DNA of 64,000 nucleotides from Candidatus Eiseniibacteriota bacterium (lineage in GTDB: Bacteria > Eisenbacteria > RBG-16-71-46 > CAZAMP01). The position numbers were made by a program, and so were the translations under genes. The notes under the pieces were generated by a model. It did no database searches, was not told the DNA's origin, and saw nothing but the letters and a program-made list of their open reading frames with translations. How positions within the stretch are numbered: position 1 is the stretch's first letter; every line of letters starts with the position of its first letter. The DNA is taken from positions 672,001 to 736,000 of the forward strand of contig OZ245046.1 in NCBI GenBank assembly GCA_965224245.1, written 5' to 3'. This document shows positions 40,076-48,613 of this stretch, piece after piece.

Positions 40076-40771
40076 ATGACACGATCGATGTCGAAGACGG
40101 TGTGCCGGAGGGCATGCGCCGCCCTCACGGTGGTGATCCTGTGGGCGCCGGGCGCTCACGCGTACGAGCAGTGGTCGCAGAACGGCGGCGACGCGACCAA
40201 CTGCGGGACCTGCCACGGCGACTTCCGGAACGCCGACTACACGTCGCCGAGCGATGGCATGAACTGGGGAAACCTGCACAACCTTCACCGCTCGACGATG
40301 CTCAGCGGCGACTGTGACGTGTGTCACTCCGGCAGCAGTCGGTTTCCGGTCCTGATCGACGTCTCGAACGGGGGAGACGGGCTCGCTGGCATCTCCTGCA
40401 TGGGCTGCCACGGACGCGCGGCCGACGACACGCCGGAGAACCCGGAGTTCCCGAACGGCGCCGGCGCCGGGCTGCGCCAGCATCACCACAACGCCGGAGC
40501 CACCGTGTGCGCCGATTGCCACGACGATGCGGACCCGGCGAACTACGTTCCGGTGGGCGAGCACGTTCTGCCCGAGTACTACGCGAACCCGGGCAACAAT
40601 CACCCCGCGATGCCGCAGAGTCCGTGCAACGGCTCGGGGACCGAGGACTTCGCCGGGAGCGCGGACGGTCTGGACAACGACGGCGACCTGGACTACGACG
40701 CGACCGACGCCGACTGCTCCACGCCCGTGCGGGAGACCACGTGGGGTCGGATCCGAGCGTCCTATCGGTAG
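40076..40771 (+). CDS. Secreted tetraheme c-type cytochrome with acidic loop and short 'TTWGRIRASYR' tail; paralog of 15317-16198
   Basis: GAGGAGG RBS, signal peptide ending AHA, CGTCH, CDVCH, CMGCH, CADCH and DGLDNDGDLDYD. Confidence 0.88.
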   Translation: MTRSMSKTVCRRACAALTVVILWAPGAHAYEQWSQNGGDATNCGTCHGDFRNADYTSPSDGMNWGNLHNLHRSTMLSGDCDVCHSGSSRFPVLIDVSNGGDGLAGISCMGCHGRAADDTPENPEFPNGAGAGLRQHHHNAGATVCADCHDDADPANYVPVGEHVLPEYYANPGNNHPAMPQSPCNGSGTEDFAGSADGLDNDGDLDYDATDADCSTPVRETTWGRIRASYR

Positions 40772-40790
40772 TGCGAAGAGCGGGCGCACC

Positions 40791-42107
40791 ATGGCGAGAC
40801 CGACCGAGGGCCTGATGAGAGCGTCCCGCGGAACACCGGTGGCGATGGTCTTGCTCGTGGCATCTCTGACACCGGGAGAGAAGGCCGACGCGTCGGACGC
40901 CGCGTTCACCGACCGCGTCGGCACGCTCTCCCTCTCCGCCGAGCTCGACAGCCGCGGCTCCCTCGGCGGCGTGTGCGTCGACCGCCTCGGCTTCGTCTAC
41001 GTGGCCAACTTCCGCGACAAGCTCTGGCGCATCGACCCCGAGGGCGAGGTCACGCTTCTCTCGGACGCACTCTACGGCGCGTCCGGCAATGCCGTGGACT
41101 CCCGGGGACGCCTCTACCAGTCGAACTTCCAGGGCCACACGATCTCCCGCATCTGGCGTGACGGCCGGATCGAGCCCTTCGCGACGGATGGGCTCCAGGG
41201 GCCGGTCGGCATCGCGATCAACGCCGGAGACTCGCTCTTCGTCTGCAATTGCCAGGGGAACACCATCTCACGGGTCACGCCGGAGGGTCGGGTCGAGCTC
41301 TTCGCCACGCATCCCTCGTTCGCGTGTCCGAACGGGATCGTGCTGGCCGACGACGGGAACCTCTACGTCGCGAGCTTCCAGAGCCACGACCTCGTCCGCA
41401 TCACGCCCGACGGCGAGACCAGCGTGTTCGTCACCATTCCCGGGGGTGCCGGCAACACGCACCTGACGGTGGCCAAGGGGTTCCTGTTCCTGACGAAGCT
41501 GGTTGCGAACCGCGTCGTGAAGGTGTCGCTCGATACCGGTGAGGTGACGTCGCTGGCCGGCACCGGGCAGCCGGGACACGCGGACGGACCGGCGCCGGAG
41601 GCCACGTTCAGCAGCCCGAACGGCATCGCGGCGTCGCCCTCGGGAGATCGTCTCTACCTGAACACGCTGGTCGGTGAGCGCGGCTGGGGTGAGCCGACCC
41701 GGATCTCGGTCCGTACGATCGAACTCGTGCGACTGGCGGACCTCCTCCGCGACGCGCTGGACGAGGCCGGCGATGGGGATCCGCTCGCAGCGATGCGTGA
41801 CGTGTACCACCGGTACCGGGCCGATCCGGTGCGAGGGCAGGAGAACACCCTGTCCGAGATGATCACGTTCGGATACGACCTTCTGTCGAGCCGCCGCCTG
41901 TCCGAGGCCGTGACGGTGTTCCGGCTCAATGCCGAGTCGTACCCCGACGTCGCCGCGGCGCACTACCACCTCGGCGAGGCCTATCGGTATTCGGGCCAGT
42001 CCGAGAAGGCCGCGAGCGAGTACGAGAGGGTCCTCGAGATCGCAGCCGATCACGCGCTGGCGCGCGCGAGGCTCGACGCCGTCCGGGCCGCGCTCGAGGC
42101 ACAGTAG
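40791..42107 (+). CDS. Exported SMP-30/NHL beta-propeller protein with C-terminal TPR
   Basis: Repeats such as PNGIVLADDGNLYV and GTGQPGHADG..A.F..PNGI. TPR segment GY.LL...AV.VF.LN..YP...LGEAY. Confidence 0.8.
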   Translation: MARPTEGLMRASRGTPVAMVLLVASLTPGEKADASDAAFTDRVGTLSLSAELDSRGSLGGVCVDRLGFVYVANFRDKLWRIDPEGEVTLLSDALYGASGNAVDSRGRLYQSNFQGHTISRIWRDGRIEPFATDGLQGPVGIAINAGDSLFVCNCQGNTISRVTPEGRVELFATHPSFACPNGIVLADDGNLYVASFQSHDLVRITPDGETSVFVTIPGGAGNTHLTVAKGFLFLTKLVANRVVKVSLDTGEVTSLAGTGQPGHADGPAPEATFSSPNGIAASPSGDRLYLNTLVGERGWGEPTRISVRTIELVRLADLLRDALDEAGDGDPLAAMRDVYHRYRADPVRGQENTLSEMITFGYDLLSSRRLSEAVTVFRLNAESYPDVAAAHYHLGEAYRYSGQSEKAASEYERVLEIAADHALARARLDAVRAALEAQ

Positions 42108-42138
42108 AACGCTTCACGACCGGGATCCTCTAGCACCG

Positions 42139-43914
42139 TCACCTCGACCCCGCGCCGGCCCCGAGCTGCTGGAGCGCGGTCCGCGCCGGTCCGAAGCCCG
42201 GCTGAAGCCGGGCGGCGGTCTCGTACTCCCGCACCGCGTCGGCTCTCCGGCCGGCGCGGAGGTACGCGTTTCCCAGATGAAAGTGCGTCAGGTACCAGTC
42301 GGGCTGCCGCTGGAGCGACATCTGGAGGCGGGCGATGGCGTCCTCGACCGAGCCGAGCTCGAGCAGCACGAAGCCGAGCGCGGTCAGGGCCCTCGCGTCG
42401 CGCGGCTCGAGCCGCGTGGCCATCTCGAGCTGCTCGCGCGCCGCGGCGAAGCGCTTGAGCTGAAGGAGGTAGTTCCCGAACGAAAGTCGCAGTGTGGCGT
42501 CGTTGGGGTTGGCGGTCACGCCCTCGCGGTAGACGGCGATGCCCTCCTCGGGCCGGTCGTGCTCGCGCAGCAGCGACGCCCAGTCCACGTACAGCTGGGT
42601 ACACCGGGAGTCCACGTCGACTCCCTCGCGATAGGCCGCGAACGCACCGTCGAGGTCGCCTGCCCGGGCCGACGCGAGCGCGAGGCGATCGAAGCCCATG
42701 CCGCGCTGCCCCAGCATGAACGGCGTGTCCGCGGGAACGTCGACCCCGCGCCGGAAGAACGCCCGCGCCTTCTCGTAGTTCCCCCGGAAGAGATGGACCT
42801 GCCCGAGGCTCATGCAGGCCATCGCGTGCATGGGCTCCTCGCGGAGTATGCGCTCCCACTCCACCACGGCGGCGGTGGTGTCGCCGAGGGCCTCCAGCGT
42901 CATCGCGTACTCGTGTCGGATGTTGGCGTAGGTGGGATCGATCTCGAGCGCGATCGCCAGGTTGTCGCGCGCCTCGCGAACGCGGGCCGGATCCCGGCCC
43001 CCCGGACCCGGTCGCAAGAGGAAGCGCCCCATGGCCATCCTCACGTCGCGCTCGCGTGGGGCCACCTCGACCGCCCGCCGCAGCAGCCGCTCGGCGCGGA
43101 CCGTGTCGCCCCAGCTCTGGGCGATCTGAGCCTCCGTGACGAGGATGTCGCCGGTGCTCGAGAGCATGTAGAGGTTGTGCACGAGGGGATCGAGCATGGC
43201 CAGACCGATGTCCGAGCCCAGCTCTTCGTGTCGCCGGGCGTCGTCCTCCCGGCCCAGTGCCCCGTAAGCGAGCGCGAGCATGCGGTGCGCGGGACCGTAG
43301 TTCGGGTGCGCGGCCACCGCGCCCTCGAGGACTCGTGCCGCCTCGACCCACTGACCGCCATCGCCGTGGACGCGGGCCATGCCCACCGCCGCGTGCGGAT
43401 GCGTGGGATCGGTCTCCAGGGCCTTCCGAAACGCGTGCTCGGCCTCCTCGATCGACCCGGCCCGGAAGTAGAGCTGCCCCAGCCGCGCCCACGAGTGGGC
43501 GTCGCCGGGATCCAGCTCGACCGCCTGCGACAGGAACGTGATCGCGCGTTCGTTCTGTCCGTTCTTCACCTCGAGCACGCCCAGCAGATGCGGCCACCGA
43601 GGCTCCTTGGGCGCGACCTTCATCGCCAGGCGATAGGCGATGCGGGCCGGCTCGAGGAACGCATTCGCGTGATACGCCATGGCCAGCGCACCCACGGCCT
43701 CGCCGGAGCCCGGATGCGCGCGCGCCTCGGCGTCGGCCTGGCTGAGCTGCGCCTGGATCGCCGGGGAGTAGCGTGCCAGCTCGGGAAGGGGCGGGAGCTC
43801 GGCCAGGAGCGTTCGGTTCGTCGCGTAGCGAATGCCCGTGATCAGGAGCGCCCCGGCCACGATGGCGACGGCGGCGAGGACGATCCATCCGCGAGCCTGG
43901 CCGCGCGCGTTCAT
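42139..43914 (-). CDS. Membrane-anchored TPR-repeat protein
   Basis: N-terminal TM helix after MNARGQ, many TPRs (A...dP......LG). ATGA overlap with the upstream gene. Confidence 0.85.
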   Translation of the reverse strand: MNARGQARGWIVLAAVAIVAGALLITGIRYATNRTLLAELPPLPELARYSPAIQAQLSQADAEARAHPGSGEAVGALAMAYHANAFLEPARIAYRLAMKVAPKEPRWPHLLGVLEVKNGQNERAITFLSQAVELDPGDAHSWARLGQLYFRAGSIEEAEHAFRKALETDPTHPHAAVGMARVHGDGGQWVEAARVLEGAVAAHPNYGPAHRMLALAYGALGREDDARRHEELGSDIGLAMLDPLVHNLYMLSSTGDILVTEAQIAQSWGDTVRAERLLRRAVEVAPRERDVRMAMGRFLLRPGPGGRDPARVREARDNLAIALEIDPTYANIRHEYAMTLEALGDTTAAVVEWERILREEPMHAMACMSLGQVHLFRGNYEKARAFFRRGVDVPADTPFMLGQRGMGFDRLALASARAGDLDGAFAAYREGVDVDSRCTQLYVDWASLLREHDRPEEGIAVYREGVTANPNDATLRLSFGNYLLQLKRFAAAREQLEMATRLEPRDARALTALGFVLLELGSVEDAIARLQMSLQRQPDWYLTHFHLGNAYLRAGRRADAVREYETAARLQPGFGPARTALQQLGAGAGSR

Positions 43915-45269
43915 GGCAGGTCGTCTCCCCAGTGGTTGGTCCAGAGCGTGATGCGTCCGATCCGGTCGAACGGTGGATACAGGTTCATGCTGCCCGTCAC
44001 CGCGTCGATGCGTCCGTCGCCGTCCATGTCCGCGACATCCACGGTGACGAGATGCGTCGGGGCCTCGGCCAGGTCGCGTCCCACGAACGTGCCGGCGCGG
44101 TTCTCCCACCAGACCATGCTCTGCGCGCCCGGACGATCCCACCAGTTGAACGCGCTCACCGAGAGCACGTCCAGGTCCCCGTCCCGGTCCAGGTCGGCGG
44201 CGCAGGGGTCGTAGGCGCCGGGGAACGTGCCCAGCCGGCGAAACTCGAACGACCAGCCCCCGACGTTCTCCAGCCACTGCACGCCGTGGCTGGGGAGCGG
44301 CCGGTAGTCGGTGGCGACGAACGCATCGCCGTTGGCCCAGATGATGTCGGGGTCGCCGTCGGCGTCCAGATCGCCGATGCCGATGCCGGAGCTGCCGTAG
44401 TCGTCGTCGGCCACGCCGTACAGGATGCGCGTCTTGAACCGGCCGTGCCCGTCGTTCTCGAAGGCGTAGACCTCCTCCCACTCCTGGGAGACGAGAGCGA
44501 CGATGTCGAGATCGCCGTCTCCGTCCAGATCGACCACCGGCGTGTGGATCGTGCCCGAGAGCGAGAGCAGGATCTCGCTCTCGAAGTGCCAGTCGCCGTC
44601 GTTGCGCATCCAGCGGATCTCGCCCTGGTCGTACCCGAACTGTCCGACGGCGAGGTCCACGTCGCCGTCGCCGTCGAGATCACCGCACTGAACGTCCGTG
44701 ACGCGGGCGATCTCGTCGGCCAGGACGTGCTGGGTGAAGCGCTCCTCGCCGTCGTTCTCCAGCACGATCACCTTCCCGATGCGATCGTTGTTGGGCAGGA
44801 TCATGCCCATGCTGGCGACCAGCACGTCGAGATCCCCGTCCAGATCCACGTCGCATGCCTCGGCGTGCGCGGGGCCGCCGATGTCCGGTCCGATCGCGCG
44901 CTCGGTGTACACGCCGCGCGGAGCCTGCCGGATCCACTTCACGCGGCGCGCGAGCACGTCACAGACGATCACGTCGGGGAGCCCGTCGGCGTCCAGGTCG
45001 GTGACGGCCACGTGCGCGATCGTGGCCTTCTCGTCCGGCGTGTCGCCGATCGGCTGGGGAGACATGAACGGGATCGGGTCGTCCCGGAGATTCTCGGTAG
45101 GGGACGTCGGCGCCTCGCCCTCTGTGGCCTGTCGCGTGATCCGCGCGAACACCTCACCGTACGAGAGTCCCGTACGCTGGCTCTCGTAGGCCAGAAGTGC
45201 CAGTGGCAGCCCCACGAGCACCAGCGGCAGGATCAGAAGCGGCGACGGTGCCCGGCGAGTCCTCTTCAT
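43911..45269 (-). CDS. Membrane-anchored FG-GAP/VCBS-repeat protein
   Basis: N-terminal TM helix and seven D.D.DG..D repeats followed by W.EN-like motifs. Confidence 0.85.
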   Translation of the reverse strand: MKRTRRAPSPLLILPLVLVGLPLALLAYESQRTGLSYGEVFARITRQATEGEAPTSPTENLRDDPIPFMSPQPIGDTPDEKATIAHVAVTDLDADGLPDVIVCDVLARRVKWIRQAPRGVYTERAIGPDIGGPAHAEACDVDLDGDLDVLVASMGMILPNNDRIGKVIVLENDGEERFTQHVLADEIARVTDVQCGDLDGDGDVDLAVGQFGYDQGEIRWMRNDGDWHFESEILLSLSGTIHTPVVDLDGDGDLDIVALVSQEWEEVYAFENDGHGRFKTRILYGVADDDYGSSGIGIGDLDADGDPDIIWANGDAFVATDYRPLPSHGVQWLENVGGWSFEFRRLGTFPGAYDPCAADLDRDGDLDVLSVSAFNWWDRPGAQSMVWWENRAGTFVGRDLAEAPTHLVTVDVADMDGDGRIDAVTGSMNLYPPFDRIGRITLWTNHWGDDLP

Positions 45270-45279
45270 CGATCGATCC

Positions 45280-47265
45280 TCATGCCGTCACGAACCACAG
45301 TATACCTCCGGTCACGGCGAGCAAGAGCGCCGCGACCGGTGTCATCCCGCGGAGCATTCGATGGTCGTCCGACGTCTCGGCCGCCCACACCCGACGCGCG
45401 GTCTTCAGCGCGGCCCCGGCTCCGATCAGGACCAGGCACGCCTGGATCCACGGGATCGCCTCTGGCCAGAGCTGCTTCCAGGGATGCCCCGCGGTGCCGA
45501 ACAGATTCCAGCCCCAGCCGAACGGATCGGAGAGCGTGGAGAGCACGAACGATCCCTCCACCATGAACATCTGCACCGCGAACGCCATCCAGGTGAAGAG
45601 CCCGAGCGGCACCAGCGGTGACGTGTTGCGAGGCACCAGCCGAGACAGTGGGGCGGAGACGCCGGCCGCCCGTGCGCCCAGCGCGGTCACCGCGGCCATC
45701 AGCGACGGCACGAGGCCGAGCGCGATGATCCACAGCGACGCGGTGTATACCGCGAAGAGATCCCAGTTGTTCTTGTCGACCACGTTCACCATGTCGCGAA
45801 GCGCGTGCCAGGGACCCAGGAACGTGACGCAGTAGACCACGGCCAGCGTCATCATCACACCGGCCTGGAGTGCCTCGTCGCGGCCCTCGACCAGCCGCTG
45901 GAGACCGAACGGCCGCCAGGTCAGCGACACGTTCCGATACGAGCAGGTGCGCAGGCACTCCAGACAGAGGCCGCACTCGGCGTTGCTGTCGATCTCGGAC
46001 ACGGTCAGGCCGTAGGGACAGGCCCAGCCGCAGTCGTTCCCCTTGTGGCAGGTCTCGAGGTCCCGCTCGTGACAGCGATGACAGACGTTCTGTCGCTGGG
46101 ATCGGAGTGCCAGCCGACCCATGGGGGCATAGAGGCTGATGAAGCTGTTGATCGGGCACAGAAAACGGCAGAACGCACGCAGCTCGAAGACCAGCGGCAG
46201 GAGCGTCGCGAGCAGCATCAACAGCACCAGCGCCCAGCCGGTCCAGCGCGGCTGGCTGATCACCAGCACGCTCACGGTGCCGAATCCCAGGAAGAAGAGC
46301 GTGCGGGGAACGCGGTTCGACAGCCGCCGGGGCCACGGCCGCATCAGCCCGAAGAACCGGTTGCGATAGCCGCCGGTCCCGCCCGCGCCCACCGTTCGCA
46401 CGCCCACGGTCGCGCCACGCTGGATGGCGTCTCCGAACATCGGGATGGGGCACACCGTGCACCACACGCGTCCGCCGAGCGGAACGAACACGACGACGAG
46501 CACGAACAGCCACACCACCCACAACAGGAGCACGCCGAGATTGCCGCCGGCCATCTTCGTGCCCAGGAGCGACGTCAGGAGGATCACGTACGCGAGCACG
46601 CTCATCACGCTCATGAGCCAGAACTGCAGCCCCTGCGTGGCGAGGAGCCCCCGGAGCCTCGGCCAGCGCTCGAAGAGGTTCACGATGACGGGACGCTCGC
46701 TCGGGTGCAGGTCGCCGGCCGGGCCGCCCTGCGGGGTCGGGTCGCGTCGTCGCCGGAGCCCGAGGAGTCCGATCAGCGGAAGCCCGACCAGAAGCCCCAT
46801 CGAGCCACCGAAGAGATAGTTGGGCTCCACGATCAGGAAGCCCTGCTCGAACGCGTGCATCTCGCCGCAGTACACGTGGCAGCGAAACCGGGACTTCGTG
46901 TTGAAGAACCCCGCGAGCCCCGGGCGGCCCGCCTCCACGACGACCTCTTTCATGACCTCGGGCTCGCCGTGCGGATCGCTGGGACGCGCGACCTCCACCT
47001 CCCGCGAGTTGGGGCTGACCTTCACGTCGAGGTCGTACTCCTGGAGAAAGAAGCTGTGCGGTGTGTCGCGCGCCGAGAACGTGAACACCAGGCGATCGCC
47101 CCGATTGGCGTGGATGACCTCGGGCTGGCTGCCATAGCGGAAGAGATCGATGTGGATTCGACGGATCTGGGGCTCGTCGGCGAACAGCATCGTGACGCCG
47201 ACACCGGCGGCGAAGAACGCCGTGCCGATGGTCAGGTTCAGGGCGATGGTGCGAAGGCGTCTCAT
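45280..47265 (-). CDS. Cupredoxin (CuA-like) domain fused to NapH/NosR/FtrD-type polyferredoxin membrane protein
   Basis: TPHSF...CHVYCGEMH, then TM helices with WCTVCP and FCRFLCP, then CHRC...C...CP and CGLCLECLRTC. Confidence 0.8.
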   Translation of the reverse strand: MRRLRTIALNLTIGTAFFAAGVGVTMLFADEPQIRRIHIDLFRYGSQPEVIHANRGDRLVFTFSARDTPHSFFLQEYDLDVKVSPNSREVEVARPSDPHGEPEVMKEVVVEAGRPGLAGFFNTKSRFRCHVYCGEMHAFEQGFLIVEPNYLFGGSMGLLVGLPLIGLLGLRRRRDPTPQGGPAGDLHPSERPVIVNLFERWPRLRGLLATQGLQFWLMSVMSVLAYVILLTSLLGTKMAGGNLGVLLLWVVWLFVLVVVFVPLGGRVWCTVCPIPMFGDAIQRGATVGVRTVGAGGTGGYRNRFFGLMRPWPRRLSNRVPRTLFFLGFGTVSVLVISQPRWTGWALVLLMLLATLLPLVFELRAFCRFLCPINSFISLYAPMGRLALRSQRQNVCHRCHERDLETCHKGNDCGWACPYGLTVSEIDSNAECGLCLECLRTCSYRNVSLTWRPFGLQRLVEGRDEALQAGVMMTLAVVYCVTFLGPWHALRDMVNVVDKNNWDLFAVYTASLWIIALGLVPSLMAAVTALGARAAGVSAPLSRLVPRNTSPLVPLGLFTWMAFAVQMFMVEGSFVLSTLSDPFGWGWNLFGTAGHPWKQLWPEAIPWIQACLVLIGAGAALKTARRVWAAETSDDHRMLRGMTPVAALLLAVTGGILWFVTA

Positions 47266-47516
47266 CGAAACCTCGATCGGACGCGGTCCTCACGCCGTGA
47301 GGGTCGCGAAAGAACAACCGGCGACTATATCACATCGGCCGGCGCCGCCACCGTCATCGACGCCGGGAGCGGGGCTCGCGGGCACTCGACCGCGGTGGCT
47401 GGTCTCAGCCCGTCGGGGCGGAGATCGTGGACCCTCGGGGAAGGGAGCCGTGGCGGCGGCACGTGCCGGCGTGTGACAGCGCCGCCGGCACCGGGGGACG
47501 TGAGGGTCCGCGGAGG

Positions 47517-48398
47517 CTAGGCGATCGACCACTCCGCGGCGTCGAGGTGACGTCGCTCCTCGTCCGTCAGCTCGATCGCGTCGGCCAGCGTGGAGCTGAG
47601 ACCGTTCTTCTCGCTGCGTGCTCCCGGGATGACGAAGACGGTCGGGCCCTGGGCGAGCACCCAGGCGAGCACGACCTCGTGCGGAGTCGCGTCGCGCGAG
47701 GCGGCGATGGCTCGCGACACCTCGTGGTGCGGGAGCTTCTGATTCAGCCGGCCGCCCCCCACCGGGCTGTAGGCGAGAAAGCCGATGTGATGCTCGGCGC
47801 AATGTGCGACCACCCCGGTCTCGATCGCCTCGCGGAAGAACGGGTTGAGACGGTTCTGCACGGTCGTGATCGGGACGATGGCCCGGGCCTCGTCGATCTG
47901 GGATACGCTCACGTTGGAGAGTCCGATCCAGCGGATCTTGCCCTCGTCACGAAGACGCGCCAGCGCGCCGACGCTCTCGGCGAACGGGACGCGGTCGTCG
48001 GGCGCGTGCAGCTGGTACAGGTCGATGCAGTCCGTACCGAGCCCGGCCAGCGAGTCCTCGCACGCCCGGCAGAGGGAGTCCGGGCGGCCGTCTCGCTCCC
48101 ACCGCCCGTCCGGCCGGGTCATGCCCCCCTTGGTCGCGATCACCACCGCGTCGCGGTCACCGTCCCACGTCCGGACGGCCTCGGCGCACAGGCGCTCGTT
48201 GTGACCGATGTCCGTGTGATCGAGGCAGTATACGTTCGCGGTGTCGATGAGCCGGACCCCGGCCTCCAGAACCGCATGAATGACCCGGATCCCGGTGTCG
48301 TGGTCGGGACGACCATGGAGCGACAGCGGCATCCCGCCGAACCCCACGCGGGCGAGACGAGGACAGTCGGGCTGGGGACCGAGTGGGATCGTCTTCAT
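47517..48398 (-). CDS. Aldo/keto reductase
   Basis: GFGGM, IDTANVY, IATKGG, IDLYQLH, GKIRWIGLSN and AYSP. Confidence 0.93.
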   Translation of the reverse strand: MKTIPLGPQPDCPRLARVGFGGMPLSLHGRPDHDTGIRVIHAVLEAGVRLIDTANVYCLDHTDIGHNERLCAEAVRTWDGDRDAVVIATKGGMTRPDGRWERDGRPDSLCRACEDSLAGLGTDCIDLYQLHAPDDRVPFAESVGALARLRDEGKIRWIGLSNVSVSQIDEARAIVPITTVQNRLNPFFREAIETGVVAHCAEHHIGFLAYSPVGGGRLNQKLPHHEVSRAIAASRDATPHEVVLAWVLAQGPTVFVIPGARSEKNGLSSTLADAIELTDEERRHLDAAEWSIA

Positions 48399-48613
48399 GC
48401 CGATCCTCCCATGTCTGGCGGCGTGACGAGACCTCGTGAGCGTCGGGAGCTCGGGCGGTCGCGGCGACGCGCGGGGGGCGATGTCGTGGGCGCATCGAGA
48501 CGATCATTCTCGATCAGTCGAGCTCGTGCTTCAACCGTAACCGGACTCCGGCGTGAAATCCGCGCACGCACCGAACGTCCGGCCTCGTGAGCGGTGTTCG
48601 CAAGCCGGGCCGG

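Noticed and set aside
46069-46083. CHRCH as a heme c site in the polyferredoxin protein
   Set aside because: It lies within the ferredoxin-like Cys cluster (CxxC...C...CP) expected on the cytoplasmic side; more likely FeS ligands.
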